64,000 bases of DNA from Marinobacter sp. Lineage in GTDB: Bacteria; Pseudomonadota; Gammaproteobacteria; Pseudomonadales; Oleiphilaceae. The notes beneath the pieces are model-generated. The model was given only the letters and a program-made list of their open reading frames with translations, did not search any database and had not been told where the DNA came from. The position numbers and the translations under genes are program-made. The stretch spans positions 583-64,582 of the forward strand of contig JAVLAV010000004.1 of the NCBI GenBank assembly GCA_031580735.1, read 5' to 3'. Positions 1 through 9,955 of this stretch are shown here, piece by piece. Every line of letters starts with the position of its first letter. Positions within the stretch are counted from its first letter, which is position 1.

Positions 1-759
1 GGCCAGCAAGGCAGAGAGTTTCACGGAGATGCCGGGATTGGTGCGCACATCGCCCTTGCAGCGTTTGCCGATGCTGTCGATGGCATTGGAGTAGGCTTCG
101 AAGTAGCGCAGAGCGTCATCATCGGTACGGGCGGCTTCACCGAGCATGTCATAAGAGTAGGTATAGCCCTGCAGCTCCTGCTCTTTACCGTTTTCCTGAG
201 CTTCTTCAATGTCCCTGCCCAGCACAAACTGCCGGCCCATTTCTTTCATAGCCTGGCCGGCAACGGTGCGAACCACTGGCTCGCCCATGCGCTTGACCAT
301 CTTGCGCAAGGTGTCGCCCACGCTCTGGCGCTCGGAATCTTTCAACAGGTTGCTGGTCATCAGCAGTGCAACCGTGGCGGTGTTGATCAGTCCGGATTTG
401 GCCTTGCCCACATGGCCGCCCCAGTTGCCGGAGGTAATCTTGTCTTCAATCAGATCATGAATGGTGAGGTTGTCAGGCACACGCAACAGGGCCTCGGCCA
501 GGCACATCAGGGCCACGCCCTCTTTGGTGGTCAGGCCGTATTCCGCGAGGAACTTTTCCATGATGGTCGGGCGCGCATTCTCACGAACACTGCGAACCAA
601 TTCCGCGGCCCTGGCAGATATTGCCTTACGCTCCTCTTCAGACAGCTGTGCCTCGGCAATCAGCTGGTGAATGACTTCATACTCGTCCGCGAGATAATTA
701 TTGCGGACTGCCTGACGCAGTTCCTGGAGCTCTGGTGCCGACGATTGGTGCAGAGTCAT
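1..759 (-). CDS. putA: Bifunctional proline dehydrogenase / P5C dehydrogenase PutA, N-terminal part (continues off the left edge)
   Basis: Not in the ORF track. Manual minus-strand translation from ATG at 759: MTLHQSSAPEL...FLAEYGLTTKEGVALMCLAEALLRVPD...GRQFVLGRDI...YSYDMLGEAART...GISVKLSAL, all PutA motifs. No N-terminal ribbon-helix-helix domain. Confidence 0.95.
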   Translation of the reverse strand, partial: MTLHQSSAPELQELRQAVRNNYLADEYEVIHQLIAEAQLSEEERKAISARAAELVRSVRENARPTIMEKFLAEYGLTTKEGVALMCLAEALLRVPDNLTIHDLIEDKITSGNWGGHVGKAKSGLINTATVALLMTSNLLKDSERQSVGDTLRKMVKRMGEPVVRTVAGQAMKEMGRQFVLGRDIEEAQENGKEQELQGYTYSYDMLGEAARTDDDALRYFEAYSNAIDSIGKRCKGDVRTNPGISVKLSALLA

Positions 760-956
760 GGTCTACCCTCCTGATTATTGGAATACTCGCCACATTCTAG
801 CCAAGGCTGACTATACATTTTTCCTGTTAATGTCATGTAGATCTGCCATTATTCCTTTATTTGTAAAACTTTACGTGCGCCAAGGCCTATTGGTTCGTTA
901 ATATTGGGAATATTCACTATTGATTAAAGACATCAACTGTTTAAAGGATAGCAGCC

Positions 957-1409
957 ATGGCTGAGCTGGACAGAATTGACCTATCCATCGTCCGGGAACT
1001 GCAGAAGAACGGCCGGATAACGGTGACCGATCTGGCGTCACGGGTCGGCCTGTCGAAAACGCCCTGCCAGGTACGCATGAGACGCCTTGAAGAGCAGGGC
1101 TATATCACTGGCTACAGCGCCATGGTGAATCAGACCAAACTGGGGCTGGATCATGTCGCGTTTGCACAGGTCACCCTGAACGATACCAGCAGTAAGGCCT
1201 TGTCGGCCTTCAATGACGCCGTGCGGCAAATTTCGGCGGTGGAGCAGTGCCACATGATGGCGGCCAATTTTGACTACCTGCTGAAGATCCGGACCCGAAA
1301 TATGGCGGAGTACCGGCAGGTACTGGGAGAGCAGGTTTCCAGTCTGCCACACGTGCTACAGACGAGCACGTTTGTGGTGATGGAAAGCGTAAAGGACAGA
1401 GGAATGTAG
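957..1409 (+). CDS. Lrp/AsnC family transcriptional regulator, probably the PutR-type activator of the divergent putA
   Basis: LDRIDLSIVRELQKNGRITVTDLASRVGLSKTPC HTH plus AsnC C-terminal domain; divergent from putA. Confidence 0.9.
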   Translation: MAELDRIDLSIVRELQKNGRITVTDLASRVGLSKTPCQVRMRRLEEQGYITGYSAMVNQTKLGLDHVAFAQVTLNDTSSKALSAFNDAVRQISAVEQCHMMAANFDYLLKIRTRNMAEYRQVLGEQVSSLPHVLQTSTFVVMESVKDRGM

Positions 1410-1415
1410 CAGGGC

Positions 1416-2057
1416 TCAGGCAACACCCTGCTGACACAGCAAGCCGGTCAATTCAATCTTGCCACGAGCCAGACGCACTCGCTGCTTGCGCTCCAGCTCT
1501 TTGAGTAACCGGCTGATAACTTCCCGGGCCGTACCCAGCTCAACGCCCAGTTCCTGGTGGGTAATGCTCAGCACTTTCTGGCCCTGACTGGCCCGGGCCA
1601 GCAACCATTCTTCCAGACGTTCGTCCATACGGTGAAAGGCCACTTCTTCGACCAGCAGCATCAGGTCATCCAGCCGGCGACCATAGGATTCCATGATACC
1701 CAGTCGGAAATCGGGGGACTGCTCCATCAACTGATCAAACAGCGGCCTGGGGATCATGACCGCTTCTGTATCCTCCTCAACAACGGCTTCAGCCCGATAC
1801 CCTCTTCCCGTCATCAGGCAGCCAATCGACAGAGTGCAGATGTCATCGGCTGTCATCCGGTAGAGCACAATGCTGTGCCCGGACGCACCTGTCATCTGGA
1901 CCTTCACTCCGCCTTTTATTACCAGCGGCAGCCCCTGACAATGCTCACCGGCGCGGAAAAGTACCTGGCCGGGCGGGAAGCGCATGACATTGATTCCAGC
2001 CAGGGTTTCTCGCTTGCGGGTATCGCTGAGCGTGTCGAAAATACTATGAGCAGGCAT
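1416..2057 (-). CDS. Crp/Fnr family transcriptional regulator
   Basis: cNMP-like domain and C-terminal HTH ITHQELGVELGTAREVISRLLK. Confidence 0.9.
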   Translation of the reverse strand: MPAHSIFDTLSDTRKRETLAGINVMRFPPGQVLFRAGEHCQGLPLVIKGGVKVQMTGASGHSIVLYRMTADDICTLSIGCLMTGRGYRAEAVVEEDTEAVMIPRPLFDQLMEQSPDFRLGIMESYGRRLDDLMLLVEEVAFHRMDERLEEWLLARASQGQKVLSITHQELGVELGTAREVISRLLKELERKQRVRLARGKIELTGLLCQQGVA

Positions 2058-2092
2058 GGGGACAATCCTCTGGAACCGGAAACCAATCCGAG

Positions 2093-2107
2093 TGTGACTT
2101 TATCACT
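2093..2107. promoter_or_regulatory. Candidate Crp/Fnr-family operator (TGTGAC-TTT-ATCACT imperfect palindrome)
   Basis: GTGA-N5-TCAC dyad between the Crp/Fnr gene and the divergent DUF2892 gene. Confidence 0.45.
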
Positions 2108-2168
2108 GAACCTCCTTTCACTACAGGCTAAAGTGCACCCATAGTCGACAGAGAAAGGAGGTTCAGAA

Positions 2169-2354
2169 ATGACAGTCAATATGGGTTCTGCGGATCGGAT
2201 CATTCGCGCCGTTGTGGGCATCGTACTTATCGCGCTGGTCTTTGTAGGCCCGCAAACCGTCTGGGGCTGGATCGGAGTAATTCCTTTGGCCACAGCGGCG
2301 ATCGGTATCTGTCCGGCGTATAGCCTGCTGGGCATCAAGACCTGCAAAAAGTAA
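2169..2354 (+). CDS. DUF2892 / YgaP-like small membrane protein
   Basis: NMGSADRIIR...GICPAYSLLGIKTC signature; RBS AAGGAGG upstream. Confidence 0.85.
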   Translation: MTVNMGSADRIIRAVVGIVLIALVFVGPQTVWGWIGVIPLATAAIGICPAYSLLGIKTCKK

Positions 2355-2379
2355 TAGCCGGGCAACCGGATGGGGAAAC

Positions 2380-2417
2380 AAAAAGGCCGGAGAGTTTTTG
2401 CTCTCCGGCCTTTTTTT
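2380..2417. terminator. Bidirectional intrinsic terminator
   Basis: AAAAA-GGCCGGAGAG...CTCTCCGGCC-TTTTTTT between convergent genes. Confidence 0.85.
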
Positions 2418-2441
2418 GGCGACTCGGTAACGAAAAACGCG

Positions 2442-2807
2442 TCAGCGAACCGGTGCGTTCAGCACATCCAGCACCTCTTCCAGCTCGGTGATCATCTGTC
2501 TGATCAGCTGCTTGTATTGAGAGGTGTCGTCTTTCAGTTCGGTACCATTGAGTTTCTGCTTGGCACCGCCGATGGTGTAGCCCTGATCATACAACAGGCT
2601 GCGAATCTGGCGAATGGTGATCACATCGGCACGTTGGTAGTACCGGCGGTTCCCCCGGCGCTTGACCGGTGACAACTGGGGAAACTCCTGCTCCCAGTAC
2701 CGAAGCACATGCGCCTTTACCGCACACAGATCCGCCACTTCACCAATCGTGAAATAACGCTTCCCCGGGATGGCAGGAAGTTCGTTGTTATGACTGGGTT
2801 CCAGCAT
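2442..2807 (-). CDS. MerR family regulator conserved downstream of ihfA
   Basis: [19 protein letters not shown]...VLRYWEQEF...RRYY; overlaps the ihfA 3' end. Confidence 0.9.
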   Translation of the reverse strand: MLEPSHNNELPAIPGKRYFTIGEVADLCAVKAHVLRYWEQEFPQLSPVKRRGNRRYYQRADVITIRQIRSLLYDQGYTIGGAKQKLNGTELKDDTSQYKQLIRQMITELEEVLDVLNAPVR

Positions 2808-3090
2808 ATGCTTCCACTTTCTGTTTCAGTTTCTGGCCAGGACGAAAAGTCACAACGCGCCGGGCACTGATAGGAATTTCTTCACCCGTTTTCGGATTAC
2901 GGCCCGGCCGCTGTTTTTTGTCCCGCAAATCGAAGTTGCCAAAGCCTGACAATTTCACCTGTTCATTGTGGCTGAGTGCGCCTCTGATTTCGTCGAAGAA
3001 AGCTTCAACCATCTCCTTGGCTTCCCGTTTGTTAAGGCCCAACTCCTCATACAAGCGTTCTGCCATGTCTGCTTTCGTCAAAGCCGCCAT
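2788..3090 (-). CDS. ihfA: Integration host factor subunit alpha
   Basis: ALTKADMAE...VKLSGFGNF...[14 protein letters not shown]; follows pheT. Confidence 0.97.
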   Translation of the reverse strand: MAALTKADMAERLYEELGLNKREAKEMVEAFFDEIRGALSHNEQVKLSGFGNFDLRDKKQRPGRNPKTGEEIPISARRVVTFRPGQKLKQKVEAYAGTQS

Positions 3091-3093
3091 CTG

Positions 3094-5466
3094 TTAACTC
3101 CTCAGTGTTGCCCCCAGCTCTTCTTGCAGCGCGTCAATTACGCCATTGAAGAGCGAATGCACTTCGTCTTCGTTGAGCGTGCGTTCAGGGTGCTGCCAGA
3201 ACAGGCTCAAAGCCAGGCTGCGGTTGCCCTCACCCAGGCTTTCCCCTTCATACACATCGAACACGCGCAACGCCGTGAGGTGTTCGCCGGCAAATCTGCG
3301 AGCCACATGCTCTACCTGCGCGAACGCCACATCGCTCCCGATAATGATAGCCAAATCCCGACGAACTTCCGGGAATTTTGAAATGGCTTTGAAATTAGGC
3401 ACATATCCGGTAACGATCGAATTCAAGAATAGCTCAAACACCAGGATCGTGCCATTAAGTTCAAGATTTTTCTGTACTTGCGGGTGCACAGTGCCCAGCC
3501 AGCCGACATGTTCGCCATCGCGAACCAGTTCAGCCGTCTGGCCCGGATGCAGGGCCGGGTGCTGGCTGGCGATGAAATCCACCTCAATGCCCAGCAGATC
3601 AAACAGGCTTTCCAGCTCGCCTTTTACATCGAAAAAATCCGTAGCCCGGCGGCCATTGATCCAGTTTTCCGGATTCTGGTTGCCTACCACCACACCGGCG
3701 AGCATTGGCTGCTGATCGATGCCTTCGTCTGTCTGCTCAAAACGCAGACCGGTCTCGAACAGACGAATGCGAGGCTGCTGGCGATTCTGGTTATGAGCGA
3801 CCGTTTTAAGCAGACCACTCCACAGAGTCGTCCGCATCACCGAAAGATCCGCGGAGATCGGGTTCGCCAGCGCAATACCTTTATGATCCGGGTCAATCAG
3901 CTCCTGAACCTTCGGATCCACAAAGCTGTAGGTCACCGCCTCCTGATAGCCCTGGGCAACAAAGTAATTCAGGATCGCCGATACCGGGCGGGTCGCCTCT
4001 TCCCGGGACCGCAACCCGAGGGATCCGGTGGGCTCTGTCACCGGCAGATTGTTGTAGCCATAGATGCGCCCGACTTCTTCAATCAGATCTTCTTCAATGG
4101 CAATGTCGGGGCGAAAGCTGGGAGCACTGATGCGCCAGCCGTCTTTCAACAGTTTGTCGATGTGCAGACCAAGACGGGTGAGGATCTCTTCAACCTTGTT
4201 GCGCTCGATCGCCAGGCCCAACACATCCGCCAGACGCTGCTCGCGCAGATCAATCACCCGGAGTTTGGGCAGGTGCGCATCGTCCACCACTTCAATAATC
4301 TCACCCGGCTCACCGCCGACGATGTCCATCAACAGGCTGGTCGCCCGCTCCATGGCATCCCGGGCCAGTTGGTAATCCACGCCCCGCTCGAAACGGTGGG
4401 AGGCATCGGTGTGCAGACCATATTCCCGGGCCTTGCCGGCCAGGGTAATCGGATCAAAATAGGCAGACTCCAACACCAGATCACGGGTTTTCTCGCTGAC
4501 ACCGGAATGCTCGCCACCCATCACGCCGGCGATGGCAATGGGCTTTTCATGGTCGGCAATCACCAGGGTGTCTTGCGTAAGCTCCACTTCCTGGCCGTCG
4601 AGCAGAGTCAGCTTCTCTGCCGGCCCGGCCATACGCACCACAATGCCACCGTTGATCTCGTCGCGATCAAACGCATGCATGGGCTGGCCAAGCTCGAGAA
4701 GAACATAGTTGGTCACATCCACGGCGGCATCAATCGAGCGAATACCGGAGCGACGCAGCTTTTCCTGCATCCACAACGGAGTTTCAGCCGTCAGGTTGAC
4801 GTTGCGCAGAATCCGGCCCAGGTAACGGGGGCAGCCGGCCGGTGCTTCCACACGGATATCCGGTACTTCTGAGTGCACGGCTTCAACCGGCTCGATGGCA
4901 GGGCCATTGGTTGGCAGACTGTTCAGCACACCCACTTCCCGCGCCAGACCCTTGATGGACAGGCAATCGCTACGGTTGGGGGTCAGATCAACATCAATGG
5001 TGATGTCATTCAGGCCCATGAACCCACGGAAATCCTGGCCAGCCGGAGCGCTCTCCGGGAGCTCCATCAGGCCATCACTGGCATCCGACAGGCCCAATTC
5101 GGATTCGGCACACAGCATGCCCTGAGAGGGCTGGCCACGCAGTTTGGCTTTCTTGATTTTGAAGTTACCCGGCAATACCGCACCCACCACCGCGAACGGT
5201 ACTTTCAGGCCGGCGCGAACATTCGGGGCGCCGCATACAACCTGCACGGTTTCCTGACCATCGCTGACCTGGCAAACGCGCAGCTTGTCGGCGTCCGGGT
5301 GTGGCTCTACAGACTGAACCTCACCGACCACAACACCGCTGAAGTCACCAGCCACCGACTCGAAGCCGTCTACTTCCAGCCCGGCCATGGTGATCTGGTC
5401 CATCAATTCCTGGGAGCCAATGTTCGGGTTAACCCACTCGCGCAGCCACTGTTCACTGAATTTCAT
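3094..5466 (-). CDS. pheT: Phenylalanine-tRNA ligase beta subunit
   Basis: MKFSEQWLREWV, HPDADKLRVC, DLTPNRSDCLS, ISKFPEVRRDLA. Confidence 0.98.
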   Translation of the reverse strand: MKFSEQWLREWVNPNIGSQELMDQITMAGLEVDGFESVAGDFSGVVVGEVQSVEPHPDADKLRVCQVSDGQETVQVVCGAPNVRAGLKVPFAVVGAVLPGNFKIKKAKLRGQPSQGMLCAESELGLSDASDGLMELPESAPAGQDFRGFMGLNDITIDVDLTPNRSDCLSIKGLAREVGVLNSLPTNGPAIEPVEAVHSEVPDIRVEAPAGCPRYLGRILRNVNLTAETPLWMQEKLRRSGIRSIDAAVDVTNYVLLELGQPMHAFDRDEINGGIVVRMAGPAEKLTLLDGQEVELTQDTLVIADHEKPIAIAGVMGGEHSGVSEKTRDLVLESAYFDPITLAGKAREYGLHTDASHRFERGVDYQLARDAMERATSLLMDIVGGEPGEIIEVVDDAHLPKLRVIDLREQRLADVLGLAIERNKVEEILTRLGLHIDKLLKDGWRISAPSFRPDIAIEEDLIEEVGRIYGYNNLPVTEPTGSLGLRSREEATRPVSAILNYFVAQGYQEAVTYSFVDPKVQELIDPDHKGIALANPISADLSVMRTTLWSGLLKTVAHNQNRQQPRIRLFETGLRFEQTDEGIDQQPMLAGVVVGNQNPENWINGRRATDFFDVKGELESLFDLLGIEVDFIASQHPALHPGQTAELVRDGEHVGWLGTVHPQVQKNLELNGTILVFELFLNSIVTGYVPNFKAISKFPEVRRDLAIIIGSDVAFAQVEHVARRFAGEHLTALRVFDVYEGESLGEGNRSLALSLFWQHPERTLNEDEVHSLFNGVIDALQEELGATLRS

Positions 5467-5531
5467 GGTTTATGCCTTGTCCTGATGCCGTTTGCCTGTT
5501 GATTGATTGCCGTGTTCGCGCACAAAAGCGT

Positions 5532-6601
<1,070 letters not shown>

Positions 6602-6666
6602 CAAAAGGCGCCGGCGTATGAAACCGTGCGCCTGATCGATCAGTAATCGATTGAGATCTTAAGCGA

Positions 6667-7020
6667 TCACAGGGATGCTTTGGCTTTCTCAACAACAGCG
6701 GCAAATGCCTGCTGCTCGTTCATGGCCAGGTCGGCCAGAACCTTACGATCGATTTCAACATTCGCCTTCTTCAGGCCAGCAATCAGACGGCTGTAAGACA
6801 GGCCGTTGGCGCGGGCGCCGGCGTTAATACGGGCGATCCACAGGGCGCGGAATGCGCGCTTGCGGTTACGACGGTCACGGTAGGCATACTGATGCGCCTT
6901 GATGACCGCCTGTTTGGCAACCCGGAAAACACGGCTACGGGCACCGTAGTAACCCTTGGCCTGCTTCATGATCTTTTTGTGACGACGACGTGCTACCACG
7001 CCACGCTTTACACGAGCCAT
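6667..7020 (-). CDS. rplT: 50S ribosomal protein L20
   Basis: [16 protein letters not shown]...LWIARINA. Confidence 0.99.
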   Translation of the reverse strand: MARVKRGVVARRRHKKIMKQAKGYYGARSRVFRVAKQAVIKAHQYAYRDRRNRKRAFRALWIARINAGARANGLSYSRLIAGLKKANVEIDRKVLADLAMNEQQAFAAVVEKAKASL

Positions 7021-7048
7021 ACTTTAATCCTTCTTAACCAGTTAACGC

Positions 7049-7240
7049 TTAGTTAGCGATCATACGCTTGATGGAAGCCACATCAGACTTGGCAACCAGC
7101 TTGGTGCCACGCAGCTGACGCTTACGCTTGGGGCTCTTCTTGGTCAAGATATGACTGGTGAAGGACTGCTTGTGCTTGAAGCCAGTGGCGGTTTTCTTGA
7201 ACCGCTTGGTAGCTCCGCTTTTGGTTTTCATCTTAGGCAT
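7049..7240 (-). CDS. rpmI: 50S ribosomal protein L35
   Basis: [17 protein letters not shown]. Confidence 0.99.
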   Translation of the reverse strand: MPKMKTKSGATKRFKKTATGFKHKQSFTSHILTKKSPKRKRQLRGTKLVAKSDVASIKRMIAN

Positions 7241-7332
7241 TTTTAAAACTCCGCATTCTATTTTTTAAAAACAAATGTGCCCCTGAACGACAAATCCCCC
7301 GCCAAGGCGGGGGAACCATCATCAGATCAGGT

Positions 7333-7875
7333 TCACTTCTTTTTGCGGGGAGCCACAACCATGGTCATCTGGCGGCCTTCCATTTTCGGCCGCTGTTCTA
7401 CCTGGGCAAGCTCGGAAACGTCTTCTTCAACGCGGTTCATGAGCTTCATACCAATTTCCTGGTGTGCCATCTCACGTCCACGGAAGCGGATTGTGACCTT
7501 GCCGCGGTCCCCATTCTCAAGGAAACGTACCAGGTTGCGTAGTTTGACCTGATAATCCCCTTCTTCAGTTCCTGGGCGGAACTTGACCTCTTTGACCTGG
7601 GTCTGCTTCTGCTTTTTCTTGGCAGCAGCCTTGGCCTTCTTTTCATCAAAGATTTTCTTGCCGTAGTCCATTATCTTGCAAACGACCGGATCGGAATCCG
7701 TAACCTGAACCAGGTCAAGAGACGCTTCTTCAGCCTGCTTAAGGGCCTCTTCCATTGAAACGACACCTACCTGATTGCCTTCGGCATCGATCAGGCGAAC
7801 TTCAGTTGCGTCAATATTCGTATTGATGGGCGCTTTAGGAGTACGCCCACCCCGATTGGCTCGCTGTTTGATAAT
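7333..7875 (-). CDS. infC: Translation initiation factor IF-3 with non-canonical ATT start (ORF track truncates it to 7755)
   Basis: In-frame ATT at 7875-7873 overlaps the thrS TGA, with GGAG 5 nt upstream. Translates as IKQRANRGG...[14 protein letters not shown]; C-terminal KEVKFRP...FRGREMAH. Confidence 0.95.
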   Translation of the reverse strand: MIKQRANRGGRTPKAPINTNIDATEVRLIDAEGNQVGVVSMEEALKQAEEASLDLVQVTDSDPVVCKIMDYGKKIFDEKKAKAAAKKKQKQTQVKEVKFRPGTEEGDYQVKLRNLVRFLENGDRGKVTIRFRGREMAHQEIGMKLMNRVEEDVSELAQVEQRPKMEGRQMTMVVAPRKKK

Positions 7876-9800
7876 CAGATCTCCGTTTGGTTTCTACCTT
7901 TGCGTTCGACGTCTTTGGCTAAAAACTGCTCGAATTCGTCGACCGACATGGTTCCCAGATCTTCGCCTTTGCGCGTCCTTACGGCAACGGCATTGTTGTC
8001 GATTTCTTTATCGCCAACAACGACCAGATAGGGAACCTTGTTAAGAGTATGCTCGCGGATTTTAAAGCCGATCTTCTCGTTTCTCAAGTCGGCATTTACC
8101 CGATAACCCGCTAAATCGAGTTTTTCTGCCAGATTCCGGCAATATTCAGCCTGGTTGTCAGTAATATTCAGTATCGCGACCTGGGTTGGTGCCAGCCAGG
8201 TCGGGAAAGATCCTTCATATTCTTCAATCAGGATACCAATAAAACGCTCAAAGGACCCCAATACCGCACGATGCAGCATAACCGGCGTCTTGCGCTCGGA
8301 ATTGTCGGCCACATACTGCGCGCCCAGACGTCCCGGCATGGAAAAATCCACCTGCACAGTACCACACTGCCACACACGGCCGATACAGTCCTTCAGCGAG
8401 AACTCGATCTTGGGGCCATAGAAAGCGCCCTCACCCGGCAACAGTTCCCAATCCACACCTTCACGGTTCAGTGCTTCTTCCAGGGCGGCTTCGGCTTTGT
8501 CCCATACTTCGTCGCTACCTACCCGCTTTTCCGGGCGAGTGGAAAGCTTGTACAGGATTTCGCTGAAACCGAAATCGGCGTAGATTTCGTGCAGCATGCC
8601 AATAAAGGAGGACACTTCCTCCTGGATAGCGTCTTCTTCACAGAAGATATGGGCGTCATCCTGGGTAAAACCGCGCACGCGCATCAGCCCGTGCAGCGCG
8701 CCGGAGGCTTCATTGCGATGGCAGGAACCGAATTCCGCCAGACGCAGGGGCAGATCCTTGTAGCTCTTCAGGCCCTGGTTGAACACCTGCACGTGGCAGG
8801 GGCAGTTCATGGGCTTGATGGCATAATCATGCTTCTCGGACTCGGTGGTGAACATGTCGTCCTTGAACTTGTCCCAGTGCCCGGATTTTTCCCAAAGAGT
8901 GCGGGACACCACCTGCGGCGTCTTGATTTCCCTGTAGCCATGCTTGTGCTGCTGGGCACGCATGTACTGTTCAATTTCCTGGTACAGCGACCAGCCATCC
9001 GGGTGCCAGAACACCATACCCGGCGCTTCTTCCTGCATATGAAACAGGCCGAGCTTCTTGCCAACCTTGCGGTGGTCACGCTTTTCAGCCTCTTCCAGGC
9101 GATGCAGATACGCCTTCAGGTCTTTCTTGTTGCCCCAGGCAGTCCCGTAAATACGCTGTAGCTGCTCGTTGTTGTGGTCACCACGCCAGAAGGCACCGGC
9201 CACTTTGGTCAGCTTGAAGGCCTTGAGCTTGCCGGTGCTGGGCACGTGGGGGCCACGGCAAAGGTCGATAAACTCGCCCTGGCTGTAGAATGACAGGTCT
9301 TCATCACCCGGAATGTCCTGAATAATCTGGACCTTGTATTCCTCACCCATGTCCTCGAACAGCTTGGTGGCTTCATCCCGGGACATGATCGAACGGTGTA
9401 CCGGCAAATCCTGCTTCGCCAGCTCGTTCATGCGCTTTTCAATACGCTCGAGGTCTTCGTTGGTGAAGGGGCGCTCGTATTTGAAATCGTAGTAGAAGCC
9501 GTTTTCGATCACCGGCCCGATGGTTACCTGGGCGCCCGGGAACAGCTCCTGAACGGCCATGGCCATCAGGTGGGCGGTAGAGTGACGAATGATATCCACG
9601 CCTTCATCGTCCCGATCCGTGACAAGCGCCAGATCGACATCGTTTTCGATCAGGTGACTGGTGTCGACCAGCTTGCCATCCACTTTACCTGCCAAAGAGG
9701 CCTTGGCCAGACCTGCACCAATATCAGCGGCAACATCATGAACGGTAACCGGCTCGGAAAAACTACGATGACTGCCATCCGGCAGGGTAACTACGGGCAT
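7875..9800 (-). CDS. thrS: Threonine-tRNA ligase (start refined to MPVVTLPDG)
   Basis: [30 protein letters not shown]; RBS GAGGAG upstream of the ATG at 9800. Confidence 0.98.
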   Translation of the reverse strand: MPVVTLPDGSHRSFSEPVTVHDVAADIGAGLAKASLAGKVDGKLVDTSHLIENDVDLALVTDRDDEGVDIIRHSTAHLMAMAVQELFPGAQVTIGPVIENGFYYDFKYERPFTNEDLERIEKRMNELAKQDLPVHRSIMSRDEATKLFEDMGEEYKVQIIQDIPGDEDLSFYSQGEFIDLCRGPHVPSTGKLKAFKLTKVAGAFWRGDHNNEQLQRIYGTAWGNKKDLKAYLHRLEEAEKRDHRKVGKKLGLFHMQEEAPGMVFWHPDGWSLYQEIEQYMRAQQHKHGYREIKTPQVVSRTLWEKSGHWDKFKDDMFTTESEKHDYAIKPMNCPCHVQVFNQGLKSYKDLPLRLAEFGSCHRNEASGALHGLMRVRGFTQDDAHIFCEEDAIQEEVSSFIGMLHEIYADFGFSEILYKLSTRPEKRVGSDEVWDKAEAALEEALNREGVDWELLPGEGAFYGPKIEFSLKDCIGRVWQCGTVQVDFSMPGRLGAQYVADNSERKTPVMLHRAVLGSFERFIGILIEEYEGSFPTWLAPTQVAILNITDNQAEYCRNLAEKLDLAGYRVNADLRNEKIGFKIREHTLNKVPYLVVVGDKEIDNNAVAVRTRKGEDLGTMSVDEFEQFLAKDVERKGRNQTEI

Positions 9801-9826
9801 GGATATCTCCTCGATGATTCTCAGCG

Positions 9827-9847
9827 GTGATCTATACCAGAGATCAC
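9827..9847 (-). promoter_or_regulatory. thrS translational operator hairpin mimicking the tRNA-Thr anticodon loop
   Basis: mRNA GUGAUCU-CUGGUAU-AGAUCAC: perfect 7-bp stem, 7-nt loop with U-GGU-A. Confidence 0.8.
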
Positions 9848-9903
9848 TTGGTTGCCGGCCCAGCGACACAAACCGCGGGCCGAGTTGCGAGCGAGTCTAA
9901 CAG

Positions 9904-9933
9904 AAAAAAGCCCGGCAGCAACGCCGGGCTTTT
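9904..9933 (-). terminator. Intrinsic terminator of the TRAP operon
   Basis: AAAAAAGCCCGGC-agcaac-GCCGGGCTTTT. Confidence 0.8.
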
Positions 9934-9955
9934 ACGGACATGACGATTCGCTTAC

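Noticed and set aside
2355-2441. tRNA-Pro or an integrated element after ihfA-merR
   Set aside because: Only a terminator is present; no cloverleaf or integrase
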